A stretch of DNA of 54,307 nucleotides from an uncultured Thermotogaceae bacterium (lineage in GTDB: Bacteria > Thermotogota > Thermotogae > Petrotogales > Petrotogaceae), in assembly GCA_964478535.1 (NCBI GenBank), contig CAYZNB010000001.1, forward strand, positions 1 through 54,307, in the 5' to 3' direction. Position 1 is the stretch's first letter; the number at the start of each line of letters is the position of its first letter. Below, in pieces: positions 1 through 9,337 of the stretch. A program made the position numbers and the translations under genes. The notes below the pieces were generated by a model. The model ran no database searches. It was given only the letters and a program-made list of their open reading frames with translations, and was not told the DNA's origin.

Positions 1-407
1 GTTATTCTATGGGGAGTATTTTTATTCAATATATTCTTTTAAACCATAATGAAAGAGTAAATAAAGCAGTATTAAATGCAACTTCTTTAAATACTGAAGG
101 TGTTTTGGAAAGCTTATATAAAAATGCTAATGCAGCTCTTCCTACATTTGGCCCTGTAAAAAAACAGATGGATATTGTAGATAATTGGAAAGTTAATCCA
201 GAAGATTTTTTGAATATAGAAAATGATATACTTCTTATTCATGGTACAGCAGATAATATTTTAATTGTAGAAAATTCGTATATATTATCTGAATATATAA
301 AAACTTCTTATTTATCGATTTTTGAAGGTTTAGATCATTATTTAATTTTTGAAAAAGCTAAAGAGTTTTCTTATATATGTATAGATTTTTTTGAAGGCTT
401 TAAGTAA
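1..407 (+). CDS. alpha/beta-fold hydrolase, C-terminal fragment (5' end outside window)
   Basis: Frame is open from base 3 with no upstream stop. The C-terminal 'LLIHGTADNIL...GLDHYLIFEKAKEF' resembles the Asp/His end of alpha/beta-hydrolase catalytic triads. Confidence 0.6.
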   Translation, partial: YSMGSIFIQYILLNHNERVNKAVLNATSLNTEGVLESLYKNANAALPTFGPVKKQMDIVDNWKVNPEDFLNIENDILLIHGTADNILIVENSYILSEYIKTSYLSIFEGLDHYLIFEKAKEFSYICIDFFEGFK

Positions 408-415
408 AACACAAT

Positions 416-838
416 TTACTCACTGTAAATTGTGTTTTTTTCAATTATTTCCAACAAATAATTTAATCTTTCATAATCTTTTTTTAAATATAAATATCCA
501 AAAACAGCTTCAAAAGCAGTAGATTTTCTATACTCTATATCATTGCCTTTCTTTTTTGCTCCTTTGGAATTTAAAGCTCTTTTAAATACTTCAATTTCTT
601 CTTCATTATATTCTGGCATCAACATTTCTACAAAAGTAAAATGAGATTTTGCACTTAAATAATCTTTTGTTTTTATAAATATATTTCCTGTTTTAAATCT
701 CCCATCTCCCAACAATTTCAACTTAAACCTTAAATTTATTATGGCATCACCTATAAATGCAAAATTATCTATAGGAATTTCCTTTAAATCAGCCAAGGGT
801 TCTGTTTCAAATAAGTTTAATTTCAAAAACAACACCAC
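416..838 (-). CDS. mrnC: Mini-ribonuclease 3 (RNase III-like catalytic domain only)
   Basis: 140 aa with 'FAFIGDAIINLRFK' and 'AFEAVFGYLYL' RNase III-type signatures and no dsRNA-binding domain. The GTG at 838 sits inside the GAGGTGG Shine-Dalgarno, so the TTG at 826 (MKLNLFE...) may be the true start. Confidence 0.75.
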   Translation of the reverse strand: MVLFLKLNLFETEPLADLKEIPIDNFAFIGDAIINLRFKLKLLGDGRFKTGNIFIKTKDYLSAKSHFTFVEMLMPEYNEEEIEVFKRALNSKGAKKKGNDIEYRKSTAFEAVFGYLYLKKDYERLNYLLEIIEKNTIYSE

Positions 839-945
839 CTCAAAAAATTTACATAATATATTTTATCATAATATTCAAAATAAGTCGAATATTCGATAAA
901 ATTAGTATGTTTTTTAAATTTGCTCTTTTTTATTTATGTTAATTG

Positions 946-954
946 TGTTATAAT
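946..954 (+). promoter_or_regulatory. candidate extended -10 promoter (TGtTATAAT) for the oxidoreductase operon
   Basis: Perfect TGnTATAAT lies 68 nt upstream of the GTG start at 1022. No good -35 was seen. Confidence 0.35.
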
Positions 955-1021
955 ATAAACAGAATAAACTTCAAAAAGTATTTTAATAAGTTACACAAAA
1001 AAAGATAATGGGGGTGATTTT

Positions 1022-2725
1022 GTGGGTAAAATAATTAAAGATGATGTCTCGATTGTAATTTCTGGAGAAGCAGGACAAGGAATACAAACTATAGAAAAGT
1101 TTTTGACTCGTATTTTAAAAGAAGAGGGTTTTAATGTTTTTGCTACAAAAGAATATATGTCACGAATAAGAGGAGGAGATAATTCTACCGAATTAAGAAT
1201 TTCAAGTAAAAAAGTTAGAAGTTATGTAGATAAAATTGATATCCTTATACCGTTAACGTTATCATCTATAAAACATTTAAAAAATAGAATAGACAATAAA
1301 ACGATTATTCTAATAGACAAAGATTCAATTAATTATGAAGGTGATAATGTCGTTCATATACCGATAGAATCTGATGCAAAAGAAATAGGTAATAAAATTT
1401 TTTCTAACACTATAGCAGTTGGAATTATTTTAGGTCTTTTTGGATTGCAAAAAAACTCGATTAAAGAATATATGGAAAAATTATTTTCTAAGAAGTCTGA
1501 AGAAATTATTAACAAAAATATTAATGCAGCTGAAAAGGGCTATGAATATGGTAAGAATTTTTACGATGAAAATAAAATAAAAATTGATATCAAAAAAGAT
1601 GAAAAAGTTAAAAATCATATTTTAATAAATGGCGCAGAAGCAGTGGCTCTTGGATGTATTTATGGAGGATGTGATTCGATTTTTTCTTACCCTATGACTC
1701 CGGGAACAGGTGTTTTATTATCGTTAGCTGAATATTCAAATGATTTTGATATTCTTGTAGAACAAGCTGAAGATGAAATTGCTGCTATAAATATGGCAAT
1801 AGGCGGATGGTATGCTGGTGCAAGATCTATGATAACAACATCAGGTGGAGGCTTTGCTTTAATGACTGAAGGTATAAGTCTTGCGGGAATGATAGATTCG
1901 CCAGTAGTTGCTCATATTGCACAAAGACCTGGACCAGCGACAGGATTACCTACAAGAACAGCTCAAGAAGATTTGAATTTAGTTTTATATGCTGGGCATG
2001 GAGAGTTTGAAAGGGTTATATACGCTCCAGGTTCTTTAGAAGAAGCTTTTTATTTAGCAAAAAAATCTTTTGAAACAGCTGATAAATATCAAATTCCTGT
2101 TTTTATTTTAACTGATCAATATTTTGTTGATTCATATTATAATACCGAAGAATTTATTTTAGAAAAAGATAAAATTACAAAAAATATCGTCAAAACCGAT
2201 ATTGATTATAAAAGATACAAAATAAATGATAAACCTATATCTCCAAGAGGTGTCCCATCATTTGGAGAGGGAATCGTTGTTGTAGATAGTGACGAACATG
2301 ATGAAGCTGGACATATTACTGAAAATCTTGATTTGAGAGTTAAATTAAATGAAAGAAGATTGAATAAAATAAAAGAGTTGAGAAAAAATGCGTTACTTCC
2401 TGAATTAATAGGAGTAAATTCTTATGAAACTCTTGTAATATCTTGGGGTTCTAATAAAAATGTTGTAAAAGAAGCTGTTGAAAATATTGAGCATCATAAA
2501 ATTTCTCAACTCCATTTTAATCAATTGTATCCTTTACCAGAAAAAGCAAAAGATTATTTAAAAAAAGCACATAAAATAATTTGTGTTGAAAATAATGCTA
2601 CAGGACAATTTGCCGAATTGATAAAAAAAGAATTGGATATAAAGATTGAAAATAAGATATTGAAATATGATGGAGTAGTTTTTTCTTCTGAAGGATTAAT
2701 TGAAAAAATAAAAGAGTTAATATAG
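1022..2725 (+). CDS. 2-oxoacid:ferredoxin oxidoreductase, alpha subunit (fused gamma + alpha domains)
   Basis: 567 aa, GTG start after GGGGGTGA. The N-terminal 'SGEAGQGIQT' is the gamma-domain motif. It is followed by the pyrimidine-binding alpha domain ('FSYPMTPGT', 'AEDEIAAINMAIGG'). Confidence 0.85.
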   Translation: MGKIIKDDVSIVISGEAGQGIQTIEKFLTRILKEEGFNVFATKEYMSRIRGGDNSTELRISSKKVRSYVDKIDILIPLTLSSIKHLKNRIDNKTIILIDKDSINYEGDNVVHIPIESDAKEIGNKIFSNTIAVGIILGLFGLQKNSIKEYMEKLFSKKSEEIINKNINAAEKGYEYGKNFYDENKIKIDIKKDEKVKNHILINGAEAVALGCIYGGCDSIFSYPMTPGTGVLLSLAEYSNDFDILVEQAEDEIAAINMAIGGWYAGARSMITTSGGGFALMTEGISLAGMIDSPVVAHIAQRPGPATGLPTRTAQEDLNLVLYAGHGEFERVIYAPGSLEEAFYLAKKSFETADKYQIPVFILTDQYFVDSYYNTEEFILEKDKITKNIVKTDIDYKRYKINDKPISPRGVPSFGEGIVVVDSDEHDEAGHITENLDLRVKLNERRLNKIKELRKNALLPELIGVNSYETLVISWGSNKNVVKEAVENIEHHKISQLHFNQLYPLPEKAKDYLKKAHKIICVENNATGQFAELIKKELDIKIENKILKYDGVVFSSEGLIEKIKELI

Positions 2726-2735
2726 GAGGGATTTT

Positions 2736-3614
2736 ATGACTGGTAAAATAAATATTTTTCAATGCGAAAATGAAAAAGAATTAGATATAGCCTGGTGTCC
2801 GGGTTGTGGTAATTTTCCAATTCAAAACATTATAAAAAAAGCTTTGAGCGAAATTGAAGGATTAAACCCTCAAAATTGTGTTCTTGTATCAGGTATAGGA
2901 CAAGCTGCAAAAATGCCTCATTACATAAAAATAAATGCTTTTAATGGACTACACGGAAGATCTTTGCCAGTAGCAACTGCTATAAAATCTGTAAATCCTC
3001 ATTTAACAGTTATTTCTGAAAGTGGAGAGGGAGATATGTACGGTGAAGGTGGAAATCATTTTATTCACACTATAAGAAGAAATCCTGATATCACAAATAT
3101 AGTACATGACAACATGATTTACGGACTTACAAAAGGTCAAGCTTCTCCAACAACTCAAATAGGTATGAAAACGCCTGTTCAAGTTAACGGGGTTATTTTG
3201 AAACCTTTTAATCCAATTGCAGTAGCATTGTCTATGGGAGCAACTTTCATAGCAAGAGGATTTTCTGGAGATATTGAATTTACTGTAGAGCTTATAAAAC
3301 AAGCTATAAAACATAAAGGATATGCACTTGTCGATATATTCCAGCCATGTGTAACTTTTAATAAGATTAATACATTTAAATGGTTCAAAGAAAATAGTTA
3401 TAAACTCGATGAAAATTATGACCCTTCAAACAAAATGAAAGCTTATGAAATTGCTCATGACGAAAGTAAATATGCTTTAGGTATTATATATCAATCTAAT
3501 GAAAGAACTTCGTTTGAAAGTCAGTTAAATATCTTTAAAAAAGAGAAAACACCTCTTTATGAAAGATATCATGATTTAGATAAACTTGAAAAATTTATTA
3601 ATGCAAAAAAATAA
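2736..3614 (+). CDS. 2-oxoacid:ferredoxin oxidoreductase, beta (TPP-binding) subunit
   Basis: 292 aa with 'WCPGCGNFPI' and 'GEGDMYGEGGNHFIH' TPP-binding motifs. Starts 10 nt after the alpha subunit, behind AGGAGGG. Confidence 0.85.
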   Translation: MTGKINIFQCENEKELDIAWCPGCGNFPIQNIIKKALSEIEGLNPQNCVLVSGIGQAAKMPHYIKINAFNGLHGRSLPVATAIKSVNPHLTVISESGEGDMYGEGGNHFIHTIRRNPDITNIVHDNMIYGLTKGQASPTTQIGMKTPVQVNGVILKPFNPIAVALSMGATFIARGFSGDIEFTVELIKQAIKHKGYALVDIFQPCVTFNKINTFKWFKENSYKLDENYDPSNKMKAYEIAHDESKYALGIIYQSNERTSFESQLNIFKKEKTPLYERYHDLDKLEKFINAKK

Positions 3615-3623
3615 GAAAAGGAG

Positions 3624-4082
3624 ATGAAAAAAATGATTAAAGTAGGAGATTTAGCACCTGATTTTAATTTAAAGGATCAAAATGGAGTTGAATTTAAATT
3701 ATCTGATTTAAAAGGGAAAAAGGTATTGCTTTCATTTCATCCACTTGCATGGACTGGAGTTTGTGAAACTCAAATGAAAAACTTAGATTTAAAATTTAAA
3801 GAATTAGGAGATCTCAACATTCTTCCTTTAGGTTTTAGTATAGATTCTTCTCCTTGTAAAAAAGCATGGGCTGATTTTATGAAACTAAAAAATTTAAGTT
3901 TAGTAGCAGATTTTTGGCCACATGGAGGTTATGCAAAAACTTTAGGCATATTTAAAGAAGATATGGGATTTTCTGAAAGAGCAAATATTTTAGTTAACGA
4001 AGAAGGTGTTGTAGACTTTATAAAAGTATATCCTATAAAAGAGCAACCTGATTTAAATGAAATTATAAATTTTTGTAAGTAG
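3624..4082 (+). CDS. peroxiredoxin (AhpC/TSA-Bcp type)
   Basis: 'FHPLAWTGVCETQ' matches the PxxxTxxC peroxidatic-Cys motif. The ATG at 3633 (MIKVGD...) is better spaced from AAGGAG than the ATG at 3624. Confidence 0.8.
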   Translation: MKKMIKVGDLAPDFNLKDQNGVEFKLSDLKGKKVLLSFHPLAWTGVCETQMKNLDLKFKELGDLNILPLGFSIDSSPCKKAWADFMKLKNLSLVADFWPHGGYAKTLGIFKEDMGFSERANILVNEEGVVDFIKVYPIKEQPDLNEIINFCK

Positions 4083-4157
4083 TTGTGAAAAGAGATTAAA
4101 ATAAAAGAAAAAAATTCAGACAGGTTAAACGCCTGTCTGCATATTTAGAGGTGGGGT

Positions 4158-4811
4158 ATGGAAACTATTTATAAAACCTTTTTAAAATATTTAAATGATG
4201 AAGAAAAAGAAAAATGCGTGAATTATATTTTAGATTTATTAAAAGAAAACTCTTTAGATATAGTCACGTTATACCAAAAAATATTAACACCAGCTATGTA
4301 TGATTTTTTTTGTGAATCTAAAACAAAAAATATATGTATATGGAAAGAACATGTGAGAAGTTCAATAGTAAGAACTATAATTGAATGCACATACCTTTTC
4401 GTTCAAAAAGAACGAAAAGAAAAGTATAATATGATAATAAATAAAAAAATAGCTGTTGTGTGTCCAGTTGAAGAGTATCATGAATTGGGAGCAATAATGG
4501 TATCAAATTACTTTGATCTTTTAGGCTATGCCGTTACTTATGTGGGAGGAAACACTCCAAAAAGTGAATTTAAAAATATTTTTAATGTTTTAAATTTTAA
4601 TTACATAGCTTTCAGTATTACAGATCCGTATAATCTTGTTCAAACAAAAAAGACTATAGATATAATTAAAGAATCTGATGAAAAAATAAAAATTCTTGTA
4701 GGTGGATATGCGTTTTTAAATAACAAAGATCTTTTTCCAAAAATAGGCGCGGATTATTTACTACAAAGCTTTGAAGATATATTAAAGTTCAGAGAAGGTG
4801 ATTCGATATGA
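4158..4811 (+). CDS. standalone cobalamin (B12)-binding domain protein
   Basis: 217 aa: a helical cap region followed by 'VCPVEEYHELGAIMVSNYFDLLGYAVTYVGGNTP' (ExHxxG lower-ligand motif in a Rossmann-like B12-binding fold) and 'ILVGGYAF'. The stop overlaps the next start (ATGA). Confidence 0.7.
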   Translation: METIYKTFLKYLNDEEKEKCVNYILDLLKENSLDIVTLYQKILTPAMYDFFCESKTKNICIWKEHVRSSIVRTIIECTYLFVQKERKEKYNMIINKKIAVVCPVEEYHELGAIMVSNYFDLLGYAVTYVGGNTPKSEFKNIFNVLNFNYIAFSITDPYNLVQTKKTIDIIKESDEKIKILVGGYAFLNNKDLFPKIGADYLLQSFEDILKFREGDSI

Positions 4812-5980
4812 GTTTTCCATTTAAAGTAGCGTGGAGATTTCTTTTTTCAAATAAGTTTCAAACTATCCTAATAATGTTGGGAATAGGTATAGGTGTATCA
4901 GTACAATTTTTTATCGCACTTTTAATAGATGGATTACAAATTGATTTAATAGATAAAACTATCGGAAATGCACCTCATATAATTATTTCATCTGAAGCTG
5001 AAGATAGAATAATCAAAGATTTTTTAGAAATAAATCAATTAATAGATAAAATTGTTGGAAATGAAAAGAAATCATCAACAGAAATAATTGAAAATGCTGC
5101 TTTCTTTTCTAAAGATGGAAAAAATGTTTCAATGTTTTTTAGAGGTGTAAATTTTGAACAGGCAGATAAAATCTACAATTTTAATGAAAATATTGTTGAG
5201 GGAATAATTCCTCGAAATGTTAATGAGGTTTTGGTAGGAATTGATTTTGCTACAGAAAACAATGTGAAAATTGGAGATGAAATTGAATTATTAAGTTTTG
5301 ACAGCGGTTTTTTAAGAAATAAAGGAAAAGTAACAGGTATTTTTGATTTAGGTATTTCAAATTTAAACAAAAATTGGGTTATATCAAATTTAGAAACGGG
5401 AAGAAGTTTTTTTAAGATTGACGAAGGCATCAATAAGATAGAAATTCAAATATTTGATGTATTTTTAGCCGATATTTTTGCCGAAGAATTAATTAAAGAA
5501 ATTGAAAAATTTGAAGGGGTTAATGTACAAAATTGGAAAGAACAAAATGCAGATTTATTAAGCGGATTAACAGGTCAAAGCATTTCAAGTTTAATAATAC
5601 AAATTTTTGTTATAATATCAGTTTCTTTAGGAATTGCAAGTGTATTAATAATAACAGTTCTTCAAAAATCTAAACAAATAGGTATTTTAAAAGCAATGGG
5701 AATTAAAAATAGCCAGTCTAGTCTTATATTTCTTATACAAGGAATACTTTTAGGAGTAGGCGGAGCTATAATCGGAGTTAGTTTTGGATTATTTTTATTG
5801 TGGGGATTCTCAAATTTTGCTGTTAATGCAGACGGAGGTTCAGTAGTCAATGTTTATTTTGAAATGAAATATGTTATTATATCTTCAATTATTGCAATAG
5901 GCTCTTCAACTTTGTCTTCTATAATCCCTGCAAGAAGATCTGCAAAGCTTGATCCAGTAGAGGTGATTCGAAATGGTTGA
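4808..5980 (+). CDS. ABC transporter permease, FtsX/MacB-LolCE type
   Basis: 390 aa: N-terminal TM helix, large extracytoplasmic domain, C-terminal FtsX-like 3-TM bundle ('GILKAMGIKN'). Confidence 0.8.
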   Translation: MSFPFKVAWRFLFSNKFQTILIMLGIGIGVSVQFFIALLIDGLQIDLIDKTIGNAPHIIISSEAEDRIIKDFLEINQLIDKIVGNEKKSSTEIIENAAFFSKDGKNVSMFFRGVNFEQADKIYNFNENIVEGIIPRNVNEVLVGIDFATENNVKIGDEIELLSFDSGFLRNKGKVTGIFDLGISNLNKNWVISNLETGRSFFKIDEGINKIEIQIFDVFLADIFAEELIKEIEKFEGVNVQNWKEQNADLLSGLTGQSISSLIIQIFVIISVSLGIASVLIITVLQKSKQIGILKAMGIKNSQSSLIFLIQGILLGVGGAIIGVSFGLFLLWGFSNFAVNADGGSVVNVYFEMKYVIISSIIAIGSSTLSSIIPARRSAKLDPVEVIRNG

Positions 5981-6671
5981 TAAAATAATCGAATTAAAAA
6001 AAATAAATAAATCTTATGGAAAGTATGTAAAAACGCAAGTTTTATTTGATTTAGAGCTTGAATTTGAAAAAGGAAGTTTTAATTCTATAATCGGTCAATC
6101 AGGAAGCGGAAAATCTACGCTTTTAAATATTTTAGGAACATTAGATAAACCAACAAGCGGAGATGTTATTATTTCAGGAATAAATACAAAAAATATGAGT
6201 AATAATCAGCTTGCAGAACTTAGAAATAAAACTATGGGCTTTGTGTTTCAATTTCATTATTTATTACCAGAATTTACAGCCTATGAAAATGTAATTACCC
6301 CTTATATTATGAACAATAAAAAGGTTAATTCTGAAATTGCTGATAGAGCAAAAGAATTGATGGAATTAATGGGACTTGAAAAAGTTAAAAATAACCTTGC
6401 CGGAAGAATGTCTGGAGGGCAACAGCAGAGAACCGCAATCGCAAGAGCGTTAATAAACAACCCAGAAATAATATTAGCAGATGAACCAACTGGTAATCTT
6501 GATTCAGATACTTCTGAAACTACTTTTGAATTGATGAGAACGATAAATGAAAAATATAACACAACTTTTGTTATTATTACTCATGATAGAAGAATTGCAG
6601 ATAAAACAGACAGGATAATAGAAATAAAAGATGGAAAAATCAACCTTGATATGAAAAATGTTTTTAAATAA
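5973..6671 (+). CDS. ABC transporter ATP-binding protein (LolD/MacB-type)
   Basis: Walker A 'GQSGSGKST', signature 'MSGGQQQR', Walker B 'ILADEPTGNLD', H-loop 'ITHD'. Overlaps the permease gene by 8 nt. Confidence 0.9.
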   Translation: MVDKIIELKKINKSYGKYVKTQVLFDLELEFEKGSFNSIIGQSGSGKSTLLNILGTLDKPTSGDVIISGINTKNMSNNQLAELRNKTMGFVFQFHYLLPEFTAYENVITPYIMNNKKVNSEIADRAKELMELMGLEKVKNNLAGRMSGGQQQRTAIARALINNPEIILADEPTGNLDSDTSETTFELMRTINEKYNTTFVIITHDRRIADKTDRIIEIKDGKINLDMKNVFK

Positions 6672-6698
6672 AAAAAAGAGCGAATGCTCTTTTTTTTA
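6669..6698. terminator. bidirectional rho-independent terminator
   Basis: AAAAAAAAGAGC-GAAT-GCTCTTTTTTTT hairpin flanked by A and T runs, between convergent genes. Confidence 0.55.
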
Positions 6699-7037
6699 TT
6701 TTCTTTTTATTTTTAAGAATTTTTTTGTATTGAAAAAGAAATTGTAAATTCCAAATACAAAACAAGACATCATAGTCATAACGATCCAAAACATTTGCAC
6801 ATCAACTACACCAAAAATCCCAGAACCTCTTACAAAAGTTAAAACGATCGCTAAAAGCCATTGCTTAGTTATTAAAGCAATAAGTACAGGAGCCGCAATT
6901 AAAATAGGTATGTTGAAAACCAATGTGAATAATAACAAAAATCCAACACCTACAATCCAAGAAGCAATAACAAAAACCATTCTTTTATCTAAACCCTCTT
7001 GAACCAAACCAACTTTTTTTTCTTCTTTTTGTGCCAA
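6696..7037 (-). CDS. small integral membrane protein, unknown function
   Basis: 113 aa with three predicted hydrophobic helices. No recognisable motif. Confidence 0.55.
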   Translation of the reverse strand: MAQKEEKKVGLVQEGLDKRMVFVIASWIVGVGFLLLFTLVFNIPILIAAPVLIALITKQWLLAIVLTFVRGSGIFGVVDVQMFWIVMTMMSCFVFGIYNFFFNTKKFLKIKRK

Positions 7038-7132
7038 CTCAGGACACCTCCCAAATAAAAATGTATAAAATTTATTATTTATATTCGAATAACATTATAC
7101 AACAATTTTCTGTAAATAACAAGAGAAAAATT

Positions 7133-8971
7133 TTAAGATTCATCATCATCACTGATTCTAAGCAACGCTAAAAAGGCCTCTTGAGGAATATTTACATTTC
7201 CAATTTCTCTAAGTTTTTTCTTTCCTTCTTTTTGCTTTTCAAGAAGTTTCATTTTTCTTGTAATATCTCCGCCATAACATTTCGCAAGAACATCTTTTCT
7301 AAATGCTCTAATAGTGGAACGTGCAATTATCTTACCACCAGAATAAGCTTGAATAGGAATTTCAAATTGATGTTTTGGAATAAGATCTCCAAGTTTATCT
7401 ACAACTTTTCTTGAAATATCATAAGCCTTTGATTCATGTGCAATAAAAGATAAAGCATCAACGGTTTCTTTGTTAATTAAAACATTTACTTTTATAAGAT
7501 CAGATTTTCTATACTCAAGAAAATCATAATCCATCGAAGCATAACCTCTACTTAAAGCTTTCATTTTATCAAAAAAATCAAATATAATTTCTGCCATAGG
7601 AATATGAAAATGCAACACTACTCTATTTTTACCGGCGTTAGAAACAGATAAAAATTCTCCTCTTTTTTCTACTTGAGCTAAATTAATCAAATTACCCATA
7701 TAATCAGGAGGAGTAATTATATCTAACTTTGCAAAAGGTTCATGAATTTCTGCAATTCTATCCGGATCAGGAAATTCAGAAGGATTGTTTATTTCTAATT
7801 GAGACCCATTCTTTAAAGTAGCTTTATATACAACACTTGGAACAGTTAATATAACAGCTATTTCAAATTCTCTTTGAAGCCTTTCTTTTATAACATCCAT
7901 ATGTAATAATCCTAAAAATCCGCACCTAAAACCAAATCCCATAGCATTAGAATTTTCAGATATAAAAGTTAACGAATTATCATTTAATTTCAGTTTTTCT
8001 AAAGCTTTTCTTAATTCTTCATAATATTTAGCAACGCCAGGATATAATCCTGCATAAACCATAGGTTTAACATCTTTATAACCCTTTAAAGGTGTTGAAA
8101 TTGGATTCGAACTTAAAGTTACAGTATCCCCAACTTTAGCTTCACTGATATCTTTTATACCAGCAACGATATAACCAACATCACCTGCTGCAAGATTATC
8201 ACAAGGAGTCATTTCAGGTTGAAACACTCCAACTTCAATAATTTCATAATCTTTTCCAGTCGCCATAAGTCTTATTTTTGAACCTTTTTCAATTTCTCCA
8301 CTAAAAACTCTCGTATAAATAATTCCACCTTGATACTTGTCATACTTCGCATCAAAAACAAGAGCTTTTAATTGTTCATCTTTGCTACCTTTTGAACTTG
8401 GAGAAGGAACTTTTTGAATAATTTGTTCTAACAAATCTTTTACTCCAAATCCTGTTTTAGCACTTATTTTGCTTATTACATCTGTATCTATTCCAACTAA
8501 ATCATTCAATTCAAGAATAGTTTCTTCTGGATCCGCATTTTCAAGATCAACTTTATTTATAGCTCCAATTATTTCGAGGTCATTATCAAGAGCTAAAAAA
8601 GTGTTTGTTACTGTTTGTGCTTCTACTCCTTGAGAAGCATCAACAAGCAAAACAGCTCCTTCACAAGCTGCAAGACTTCTTGAAACTTCATAAGTAAAGT
8701 CAACATGACCTGGAGTATCTATTATGTTGATTTCATATTTGTTTCCATCTTCTGAATCATAATAAACTTTAACAGGATGAGATTTTATAGTAATGCCTCT
8801 TTCTCTTTCAAGATCCATAGAATCTAAATATTGTTCTTTCATCTTTCTTTCATCTACAGAATGAGTCATTTCCAAAATTCTATCTGTTAAAGTAGTTTTA
8901 CCATGATCTATATGTGCTATTATAGATATATTTCTAATTAATTCTGGATTGTACAAAAACGGCACCTCCAA
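7133..8971 (-). CDS. lepA: translation elongation factor 4 (LepA)
   Basis: GTPase motifs 'AHIDHGKTT', 'DTPGH' and 'NKVD', plus the conserved LepA C-terminal region ('GGDITRK'). Confidence 0.95.
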   Translation of the reverse strand: MEVPFLYNPELIRNISIIAHIDHGKTTLTDRILEMTHSVDERKMKEQYLDSMDLERERGITIKSHPVKVYYDSEDGNKYEINIIDTPGHVDFTYEVSRSLAACEGAVLLVDASQGVEAQTVTNTFLALDNDLEIIGAINKVDLENADPEETILELNDLVGIDTDVISKISAKTGFGVKDLLEQIIQKVPSPSSKGSKDEQLKALVFDAKYDKYQGGIIYTRVFSGEIEKGSKIRLMATGKDYEIIEVGVFQPEMTPCDNLAAGDVGYIVAGIKDISEAKVGDTVTLSSNPISTPLKGYKDVKPMVYAGLYPGVAKYYEELRKALEKLKLNDNSLTFISENSNAMGFGFRCGFLGLLHMDVIKERLQREFEIAVILTVPSVVYKATLKNGSQLEINNPSEFPDPDRIAEIHEPFAKLDIITPPDYMGNLINLAQVEKRGEFLSVSNAGKNRVVLHFHIPMAEIIFDFFDKMKALSRGYASMDYDFLEYRKSDLIKVNVLINKETVDALSFIAHESKAYDISRKVVDKLGDLIPKHQFEIPIQAYSGGKIIARSTIRAFRKDVLAKCYGGDITRKMKLLEKQKEGKKKLREIGNVNIPQEAFLALLRISDDDES

Positions 8972-9080
8972 ATGTATTTTTTATCATTATAACACAAATA
9001 GTTTTAAAAAATGTATATTTAACAATAAAATTAGCAAAAAAGTTGTAAAAATAAAGAACTTGAATATTTTTTTTATACTC

Positions 9081-9212
9081 TGTCATCTCGAACGACGTTC
9101 TATGGAGGAGAGATCTGCGAATTTGTTTTTTTGTTAAAATATTTTATTTCATTAAATCATAAAATCGCAGATTTCTCCTCAAAAGTATTTCACTTTTTCG
9201 TTCGAAATGACA
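9081..9212. repeat. imperfect inverted-repeat element, copy 1
   Basis: Outer arms TGTCATCTCGAACGA / TCGTTCGAAATGACA and inner arms GGAGGAGAGATCTGCGA / TCGCAGATTTCTCCTC. The same element occurs in opposite orientation at 31406-31538. Confidence 0.8.
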
Positions 9213-9337
9213 AATACATCAAATCACATAATTTTCTAATTTTCATATCGCTCAATAATTTTTGCTCACTCTTTTTTACATATAATTAATTTTTTTTATT
9301 TTAAATTAAAAAAAATTAATAGATTATTCTCACTATT

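Noticed and set aside
3003-3388. Two minus-strand ORFs (103 and 69 aa) inside the oxidoreductase beta-subunit gene
   Set aside because: They are antisense to a well-supported conserved gene and have no motifs.
4117-4139. Perfect 8-bp-stem hairpin upstream of the first B12-binding protein, considered as a cobalamin riboswitch or terminator
   Set aside because: It is too short for a cobalamin riboswitch. I could find no B12-box-like consensus and there is no T-run. It is kept only as a note under the B12/ABC finding.
8949-9137. 62-aa ORF between lepA and the LRR gene
   Set aside because: It starts inside the lepA start region, has no SD and reads through the left arm of the inverted-repeat element.
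9294-9327. AT-only palindrome TTAATTTTTTTT...AAAAAAAATTAA downstream of the LRR gene, considered as a terminator
   Set aside because: The stem is purely A/T and would be very weak. It cannot be told apart from background palindromy in AT-rich spacers.
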